A DNA stretch of 64,000 bases, taken from an uncultured Pseudanabaenaceae cyanobacterium (GTDB taxonomy: Bacteria > Cyanobacteriota > Cyanobacteriia > PCC-9006 > JAAUQQ01). The DNA is taken from NCBI GenBank assembly GCA_938021205.1, contig CALIGI010000001.1, positions 2,636 to 66,635 of the forward strand, in the 5' to 3' direction. This document shows positions 57,274 to 64,000 of this stretch, piece by piece (the stretch's first letter is position 1; the number at the start of each line of letters is the position of its first letter). The translations under genes were made by a program, and so were the position numbers. The notes under the pieces were generated by a model. That model saw nothing but the letters and a program-made list of their open reading frames with translations, did not search any database and was not told the DNA's origin.

Positions 57274-58266
57274 TTAGCTCAGGACTGGAATCATTGGAAT
57301 GGCATGGAGAACTGCTTGGGCTTCACACATCAAGCCATTGTTGATGCCCTGTAAGACTGGCAGGACATCAACCACCATAGCTGCACTCAAAAGCATCAAA
57401 TAAAAGATGGAGTAGGTAAACAGGGATTTGGCAACGGATTTCTCTTCGGGTTGTATCCAGAGGGCGATCGCTCGTCTTAGAAACTCAATCCCCAAAATCA
57501 GAGCCATCAATCCATAGAGCAAGCCGTTGCTTTGGCCAGGGAAACTCAGTACGAGGGTCACAGGGACTAGCAAGAAAGAGTAGAGCAGAATTTGGCGGGT
57601 TGTTTCGCCACTGCCTTCCACTACGGGAAGCATAGGAACGCCCACATTCTTGTAGTCATCACGAATCATCAGTGCCAAGGCCCAGAAGTGGGGTGGCGTC
57701 CAAAGGCAGATGATTAGGAACATCATCCAAGGGGCGAGGCTCAAATCTCCCGTAACAGCCGCCCAGCCCACAAGGGGAGGAATGGCTCCAGCCGCACCGC
57801 CAATAACGATGTTTTGAGTGGTGTGCCGCTTAAGCCAGTGGGTGTAGATCAAGACGTAGAAGACGATCCCCGCCATGGCTAGGCTCGCGGCCAGGAGATT
57901 GGCGACGGTGGCTAGGAGGGTGAAGGAAATGGCCGTAAGGGCGATCGCAAAAATCAGGGCATCCCTGGGCTGAATCCGCCCGGAAGGCAGAGGCCGCCAG
58001 CGCGTGCGCTCCATGATGTAGTCGATATCGCGGTCATAGAGGCAGTTAATGGTATTAGCCGCACCGGATGCCAAGGCTCCACCGACCAGGGTCGCGAGGA
58101 GTAATAGTCCATCAACCTGTCCCCGACCTGCCACGAGGGCACCTGCTGCGGTTGTGATGAGTAGCAGCAAAATGATGCGTGGCTTCGTGAGCTGGTAGTA
58201 GCTCTTGATCACCTCAAGACCGTTGGCGTGGAGGCGTGGGGCTGAGCTGTTGAAGGTTTCTTGCAT
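57274..58266 (-). CDS. ctaB: Protoheme IX farnesyltransferase (heme O synthase)
   Basis: [35 protein letters not shown] and the UbiA-family pattern. It lies adjacent to ctaA and ctaCDE. Confidence 0.9.
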   Translation of the reverse strand: MQETFNSSAPRLHANGLEVIKSYYQLTKPRIILLLLITTAAGALVAGRGQVDGLLLLATLVGGALASGAANTINCLYDRDIDYIMERTRWRPLPSGRIQPRDALIFAIALTAISFTLLATVANLLAASLAMAGIVFYVLIYTHWLKRHTTQNIVIGGAAGAIPPLVGWAAVTGDLSLAPWMMFLIICLWTPPHFWALALMIRDDYKNVGVPMLPVVEGSGETTRQILLYSFLLVPVTLVLSFPGQSNGLLYGLMALILGIEFLRRAIALWIQPEEKSVAKSLFTYSIFYLMLLSAAMVVDVLPVLQGINNGLMCEAQAVLHAIPMIPVLS

Positions 58267-58405
58267 TTCGAGGTCACACCTAATAAAACGAGGGCTGAAA
58301 AAACTTGGGGCAGGCGCGATTTTGATGGAAGCCTAGGGAGCAATTAGCCGTTGCCAAAAGGAGCAAACACGACTTGCTTGCGACTTCAGCTTCGGTAAGC
58401 TTCGG

Positions 58406-59407
58406 TTAAGCGATTCCTTGAGATGCGATCGCTTCAGTCACGCTGCTAGGAAATGGACTAGATTGAGGCAGGCCTTGAGCTTCGGACTGATCCCGCCAAG
58501 CGATAACGGTGAAGCTAATAAGCAACCCCAGTAGTGTGGCACCGACAAGTTGGTGACTCACCGTGAGGGGCTCAACCTGGAGGCGGAGTTTGAAAGCGGC
58601 GATGCCTAAACTGGCCTGGGCAACTAGGGCCAGTCCCGCTCCCATCGCTAAGCGTTTGAGGAGAGGCGAGACTGCTGGCTTACGCAGGGTAAGCGCGAGC
58701 AGTGTTAGGACGGCAATCGTGGCTGGCAAGACGCCCCACATGTGGCCATTCATGATTTTGCAGAGCTGTGAGCCCGCTAAGCATTGATGCAAAGCCCATT
58801 GGGAGGCGACTAGCCCACCGAGGATGCTTTGACCATAAACCAGCAGGGCCGCAGCTAAGCCAATCCAACGCAAGTATCCAGCCGAGCCCACTGCTTGGTA
58901 AGGCTTGAGGCTGATGGCGATGGTGAGCAAGACACTGAAGAACAGCAGAGCTGTGCCCAGGTGAGCGGTGACAATGTCAAAGCGCAGTAGCTCTGTCACG
59001 GTGAAGGCCCCTAAAACACCCTGGAAGACCACTAGGAAGAGGGCGGCGATCGCCGCCCATGGAGTCCAGTTCGGTAGCAAATGACGTTTCCACAGGCTCA
59101 AAGCAACCAAGCCAATGGTGCCAAAGCCCACCAAGGAAGCATCCAAACGGTGAAACCATTCAAGGAAAACCTGCAAATTCATCTGCTGGCTAGGCAGCAA
59201 CTGACCATAGCAAAGCGGCCAGTCGGGACAGGCTAGGCCAGCATTCATGACCCTTGTAGCACTGCCAATGGCCATTAAGACCAGCGTTGCAACCGCCAGT
59301 CGACCAGCCAGCCAATGCACTTGGGAAACGGCCTTATCTACTGGGAGTTCCCTCCCAGAGCAGTCAGTCCGTTGGTCAGACGAGATGGATAGTAGAGACT
59401 CAATCAT
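58406..59407 (-). CDS. ctaA: Heme A synthase (COX15/CtaA family)
   Basis: It has 8 TM segments, His-containing motifs (WFHRLDAS, VTAHLGTALL, VSHQLVGATLL) and a CPDWPLCYG motif. I chose the start at 59407 (MIESLL); the track start at 59509 is also possible. Confidence 0.85.
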   Translation of the reverse strand: MIESLLSISSDQRTDCSGRELPVDKAVSQVHWLAGRLAVATLVLMAIGSATRVMNAGLACPDWPLCYGQLLPSQQMNLQVFLEWFHRLDASLVGFGTIGLVALSLWKRHLLPNWTPWAAIAALFLVVFQGVLGAFTVTELLRFDIVTAHLGTALLFFSVLLTIAISLKPYQAVGSAGYLRWIGLAAALLVYGQSILGGLVASQWALHQCLAGSQLCKIMNGHMWGVLPATIAVLTLLALTLRKPAVSPLLKRLAMGAGLALVAQASLGIAAFKLRLQVEPLTVSHQLVGATLLGLLISFTVIAWRDQSEAQGLPQSSPFPSSVTEAIASQGIA

Positions 59408-60109
59408 TGAGGCGCTTGTCCTACTAGGGCGTTGAACTGAACCTTCACTCGAGAGATACCGCGTGGGGGCTGTGCAAGGAAACAATTTGCTCCATGGGAC
59501 AACAATCATTTCCCAATCTGGGCAATAATTATCACCCGATAGCCTCGTAAACCACGATGCTTTTGATTCATCTTTTTGAATTACAGCTCCCCATAACTGT
59601 AACGATTAGATTTTGTATATTTACAGGCTGTAGCTTTTTTTAGGGTTTTCTATAGATTCAAAACCCATAAAGACCATATTTTTTTTATTTCTCCCTCCTT
59701 TTATAAGGATTTTGTTCAGACTAGTTGTTTAAGATTTGAAATATTATCTGCAAGTTGTTAACAAAAACAGATGATCCCACCCAAAATTTTCTAACTAAGG
59801 CTCAATAGATACAGGTAAATCAGTTACCTAAGGGTCAGATTCTTGAGCATTCTTCCAATTCCAAACAAATCGTTAAGCATCGTGCATGTAAATGCCGCCA
59901 AGCTCAGGACTGCATTAGGCTGGAATCGGTTAGAAGTCTGTATCATTCCTCATTTTCTTTTAAGAATTGCTGCAAGGGCAGAGGTATATTTAGGCGAACT
60001 TAAGACATCAGCTCAAGTGACATTGCATTGAGTTGTGTTGCGCCCTGGCTCTTTGGCTTTGCCCAATAGGGTTTTCACGCTTTTCAACCCCTCATTTTCG
60101 GTCGCTCCT

Positions 60110-61150
60110 GTGGATATCCCCGTCACAATTCTCACCTTGCTCGCCGGTATTGCTATTACTTTGGTGAGCTTGTGGTTTGGTCTCAACAACAACTTATTAC
60201 CCTTCGCTGCAACGAGTACTGCGGCGGATGTGGATACGCTGTTTAATGTGATGCTGACCATTTCAATTGGCCTGTTTCTATTGGTGCAGGGCCTGATTGT
60301 TATCTCGGCAATTAAGTTTCGTCGCCAGCCTGGTGATGAGTCCGATGGTCCTCCCATCCATGGCAATATCCCGCTAGAAATCCTCTGGACTGCGATCCCT
60401 GCTGTGTTGGTGATGGGGATTTCGGTGTATAGCTTCCAGATTTACAACCAAATGGGGGGCCTTGATCCCATGAATCATGGGGGCCACAAAATGGAACCCC
60501 AGGCTCAAGTCGCCATGGCTAGTGATTCCTTTGAAGGGCCTATGTTGCTCGCTGATGGCACGGTGAATCCCGAATATAAGAAGTACGCTGCGGGTGTCGG
60601 TGCGGCTCCCGGGGCTGATGCCCCAGATGTAACAGTGAATGTGATGGGCCTTCAATACGCCTGGATTTTCAACTATCCCGAAGGCTTTGTTAGCGGTGAG
60701 CTACATGTCCCAGTGAATAAGGATGTGCAGCTCGATATGGTGGGTCAAGATGTACTCCATGCCTTCTGGGTGCCGGAGTTTCGCTTGAAGCAAGATGTGA
60801 TCCCCGGAAAGAACACTCAGTTGCGCTTTACGCCGACCGAAGCAGGAACTTACCCCATTGTTTGTGCTGAGCTGTGTGGGCCATATCACGGGGCCATGCG
60901 ATCCCAGGTGATTGTCCATGACGAAGCGGACTATGACACCTGGATGCAGACCCAGATTGCGGCGGCGAATGTTGAGGGTGAAGCGATCGCCATGACTCCT
61001 CCAAACCTCAGCAGCGCTCCCCTCGATCCCATCATCCAAGCCATGGACATGGACATCCGCGCCGAGGAGCTAGCTCAACTCCATCCCTCAGCTCATGGTC
61101 AGATGGACCACAGCCACATGCAGCATGATCCTGCCATGGTCATGAACTAA
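60110..61150 (+). CDS. ctaC: Cytochrome c oxidase subunit II with a His/Met-rich C-terminal tail
   Basis: CuA motif HAFWVPEF...CAELCGPYHGAM. The start is uncertain (GTG at 60110 or TTG at 60035). Confidence 0.88.
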   Translation: MDIPVTILTLLAGIAITLVSLWFGLNNNLLPFAATSTAADVDTLFNVMLTISIGLFLLVQGLIVISAIKFRRQPGDESDGPPIHGNIPLEILWTAIPAVLVMGISVYSFQIYNQMGGLDPMNHGGHKMEPQAQVAMASDSFEGPMLLADGTVNPEYKKYAAGVGAAPGADAPDVTVNVMGLQYAWIFNYPEGFVSGELHVPVNKDVQLDMVGQDVLHAFWVPEFRLKQDVIPGKNTQLRFTPTEAGTYPIVCAELCGPYHGAMRSQVIVHDEADYDTWMQTQIAAANVEGEAIAMTPPNLSSAPLDPIIQAMDMDIRAEELAQLHPSAHGQMDHSHMQHDPAMVMN

Positions 61151-61224
61151 CGGTTTGAACTCACACCCTTAAACTCAGACCTGTTCGAATTTCCCGTTAC
61201 TACCACGCTTTCTGCTAATCTCCC

Positions 61225-62907
61225 ATGACCTCAGCCATCACGGAAAATCCAGAGGCTACAAAGCCACCATCCGGACCGCAGCATAAAGGACATCACCCCT
61301 GGTGGATCTACTTCACCTTCTGTACGGACCACAAGGTCATCGGTATTCAGTATCTGGTGACGACGTTCATCTTTTATTTGATCGGTGGTGCTCTGGCGAC
61401 GGTGGTTCGTGCTGAGCTTGCAACCCCAGCTTCGGACTTAGTCAGTCGTGAGCTGTATAACCAACTGTTCACCGTCCATGCCACGGTGATGATCTTTCTT
61501 TGGATTGTGCCTGCGGGGACAGGAGCCTTTGCGAACTTTCTGCTGCCGCTTCAGGTGGGTGCCAGGGATATGGCTTTCCCTAAGCTGAATGCTGTTGCTT
61601 TCTGGATGGTGCCTCCGGCGGGGGTCTTGTTGATTGGCAGCTTCTTGATTGAAGCACCGGGCTCGGGCTGGACTTCTTATCCGCCTCTCAGCTTGGTAAA
61701 TAACCAGACTGGGGAGCTGATCTGGATCTTGAGCGTTTTGCTCCTGGGAACCTCGTCTATTCTAGGTGCGGTGAACTTCGGTACGACCATCATCAAGATG
61801 CGCATGCCGGGGTTGTCGTTTAACCAAATGCCCCTGTTCTGCTGGTCCATGTTGGCGGCTTCGGCGCTGGTGCTGATTTCCACGCCAGTTTTGGCTGGTG
61901 CTCTGATTCTGCTCAGCTTTGACCTGGTGGTGGGGACGAACTTCTTTAATCCTGCGGGTGGCGGCGAGCCGGTGGTGTACCAGCACATGTTCTGGTTCTA
62001 CTCCCACCCGGCGGTGTACATCATGATCTTGCCGGTGTTTGGCATGATTTCGGAAATTTTGCCGGTCCATGCGAGGAAACCGATTTTTGGTTACTTGGCG
62101 ATCGCCTATTCCTCTCTCACCATTAGCTTCCTGGGCCTAATTGTTTGGGCTCACCATATGTTCACCAGTGGCACCCCCTCCTGGCTGCGCATGTTCTTCA
62201 TGGTGGCGACGATGATTATCGCCGTTCCCACCGGGATCAAGGTGTTTAGTTGGGTCGCAACCCTGTGGGGCGGCAAGATTAGCCTCAACAGCGCCATGCT
62301 ATTTGCCATGGGCTTCCTGTCCATGTTTGTGATTGGTGGATTGAGCGGCGTCATGGTGGCTTCGGTTCCCTTCGACATCCACGTTCACGATACTTACTTC
62401 ATCGTGGCCCACCTGCACTACGTTCTCTTCGGCGGCTCAGTCTTTGGCCTCTATGCAGGCATCTATCACTGGTTCCCCAAGATGACGGGCCGGATGATGA
62501 ACGAAACCCTGGGGCGGATTCACTTTACTCTCACGCTGATTGGCTTCAATCTCTGCTTTATGCCCATGCACTGGCTGGGTTTGCAGGGCATGCCTCGCCG
62601 CGTGGCTGAGTATGACCCTCAGTTTGCAACGGTGAACTTGGTGTGTTCCATTGGTTCATTCTTGCTAGCAATTTCCACTTTGCCCTTCCTCTACAATGCA
62701 ATTCACGCCTGGATTGCTGGACCGAAGGCATCGGGTAATCCCTGGAATGCACTGGGCTTGGAATGGCAAACCACATCTCCTCCTCCCATTGAGAACTGGG
62801 AAGGCGATCCTCCTTTGGTGGAAGATTCCTACGCCTATGGCTCTAAGCCAGGCAAGAAGTCGGTAACTGCTTTGAAAGGTTCGGATCTTTGGAAGACGCC
62901 TGTTTAG
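61225..62907 (+). CDS. ctaD: Cytochrome c oxidase subunit I
   Basis: TDHKVIGIQYL, WFYSHPAVYIMILP, VWAHHMFTSG and HDTYFIVAHLHYVLFGG. Confidence 0.95.
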   Translation: MTSAITENPEATKPPSGPQHKGHHPWWIYFTFCTDHKVIGIQYLVTTFIFYLIGGALATVVRAELATPASDLVSRELYNQLFTVHATVMIFLWIVPAGTGAFANFLLPLQVGARDMAFPKLNAVAFWMVPPAGVLLIGSFLIEAPGSGWTSYPPLSLVNNQTGELIWILSVLLLGTSSILGAVNFGTTIIKMRMPGLSFNQMPLFCWSMLAASALVLISTPVLAGALILLSFDLVVGTNFFNPAGGGEPVVYQHMFWFYSHPAVYIMILPVFGMISEILPVHARKPIFGYLAIAYSSLTISFLGLIVWAHHMFTSGTPSWLRMFFMVATMIIAVPTGIKVFSWVATLWGGKISLNSAMLFAMGFLSMFVIGGLSGVMVASVPFDIHVHDTYFIVAHLHYVLFGGSVFGLYAGIYHWFPKMTGRMMNETLGRIHFTLTLIGFNLCFMPMHWLGLQGMPRRVAEYDPQFATVNLVCSIGSFLLAISTLPFLYNAIHAWIAGPKASGNPWNALGLEWQTTSPPPIENWEGDPPLVEDSYAYGSKPGKKSVTALKGSDLWKTPV

Positions 62908-63015
62908 GTTGTTGGATTTATGATGGGGGATGGCAAGCCGGACAGGTTGATGCCATGTCCCTACGAGGGTTTGATTTTCGACTGGTTTGTGCTCTGTTTT
63001 TTGAATTTTTGACCT

Positions 63016-63645
63016 ATGCAAGGCTCCACGGTTGATACTTCTGAATCCTCCAAGGTGATGGTGACTGCCGAGTCCCAGGCTCACGGTCATGATGACCATG
63101 AGGAGCATCCGGATTTTCGCATCTTTGGCATGATTCTGTTCTTGATTGCGGAAGGGATGATCTTCTTGGGTCTGTTTGCGGCCTATCTCACCTTTCGCTC
63201 AGTCAATGCGATTCCGGCAGACCAGATTCCGGAGCGAGAGCTACTATTGCCGGGGATCAACACCATTCTACTGGTGGCCAGTAGCTTCCTGATTCATCCC
63301 GCTGAGGATGCGATTAAGGAAAATGATGTTAAGGCAGTGCGCAAGTGGTTTGGTCTGGCGGCTGTGCTGGGGGTGATTTTCATCTTTGGCCAGGGCTATG
63401 AGTACAGCCAGTTGACTTTTGGTTTGCGCGATAGCTTGTTCGCTAGCACGTTCTATATCCTGACTGGTTTTCACGGGTTGCACGTGATGCTGGGCTTGGG
63501 GGCTATCTTTTCGGTGCTTTGGCGTTCCAGAAAGCCTGGCCATTACACAAGCGAGAGCCATTTTGGTATTGCAGCGGCTGAGTTGTACTGGCACTTCGTG
63601 GATGTGGTTTGGATCGTGCTGTTTTTGCTGCTGTATATATTGTAG
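63016..63645 (+). CDS. ctaE: Cytochrome c oxidase subunit III
   Basis: FYILTGFHGLHVMLG and AAELYWHFVDVVWIVLF. Confidence 0.92.
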   Translation: MQGSTVDTSESSKVMVTAESQAHGHDDHEEHPDFRIFGMILFLIAEGMIFLGLFAAYLTFRSVNAIPADQIPERELLLPGINTILLVASSFLIHPAEDAIKENDVKAVRKWFGLAAVLGVIFIFGQGYEYSQLTFGLRDSLFASTFYILTGFHGLHVMLGLGAIFSVLWRSRKPGHYTSESHFGIAAAELYWHFVDVVWIVLFLLLYIL

Positions 63646-63771
63646 AAAACTGTATTCGGGACAAGTTTGTTCTAGGCCCATGCAACGGTTGTTAGCGCTG
63701 CATGGGCCTTTTGATTATTCAGATTTAAGATGGACGTAGACCGCGTTGGTTTAGTCCTGAGGTAGATTGCT

Positions 63772-64000
63772 TTGGTTCAATCCGCTGTTACTCAAGTTGT
63801 TCGCACGTTGAACGATGTCCATGGGTTATTTGGGCTAAGTCGTTCTGATGATGCGCAGTTTTTTTCAGAGTGGCAGGAGACATTGCCCGCGCTGAATGAT
63901 TTAGAGCGAGCGAGTCTGGACCGGGTGCGGAAGCGGTTTCGCTATCACCGAGAAGCGGGGCAAGTTACGGAAGGGATGGTGAATGCGATCGTGGTGTCGC
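63772..64000 (+). CDS. Partial CDS (3' end beyond the window): conserved cyanobacterial hypothetical resembling proteins annotated as type I restriction enzyme R N-terminal-domain proteins
   Basis: The open frame runs from the TTG at 63772 to the window end. FFSEWQETLPALNDLERASLDRVRKRFRY matches a motif I remember from that family. Confidence 0.35.
   Translation, partial: MVQSAVTQVVRTLNDVHGLFGLSRSDDAQFFSEWQETLPALNDLERASLDRVRKRFRYHREAGQVTEGMVNAIVVS

Overview
The window looks like cyanobacterial chromosome. The HIP1 octamer GCGATCGC occurs dozens of times. Cyanobacterial-type gene sets are present: ctaA-ctaB divergent from ctaCDE, an ictB-like gene, and a PatA/CheY/CheW/MCP/CheA pix/tax-type operon. 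I can support about 50 protein-coding genes and found no rRNA, tRNA or CRISPR array. From left to right the window contains: (1) a redox cluster with two paralogous small Rieske modules, one fused to a ferric-reductase-like membrane domain and one fused to a TPP enzyme, plus a flavodoxin-fold reductase; (2) an alpha-oxoamine synthase / GNAT-like / SDR operon that resembles bacterial ceramide or sulfonolipid pathways; (3) IS fragments and a MITE; (4) a Cu(I) P1B-ATPase with altered catalytic signatures behind a MerR-type promoter; (5) an RTX-CARDB-PAP2/vanadium-haloperoxidase-like protein preceded by a tandem duplication; (6) an AT-rich, HIP1-free island encoding a secreted Cys-containing tandem-repeat protein, followed by about 1 kb with no ORF; (7) a small two-gene DUF6883/DUF4926-like pair; (8) housekeeping genes trmB, ictB-like, folE and sufE; (9) a complete pix/tax chemotaxis-like operon whose MCP carries three GAF domains; (10) ilvB, split phn and frm operons, an EF-G paralog, and the cta cytochrome oxidase cluster. 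Three families of palindromic MITE-like repeats sit mostly at the 3' ends of genes. All functional calls rest on motif recognition by eye. No database search was possible.
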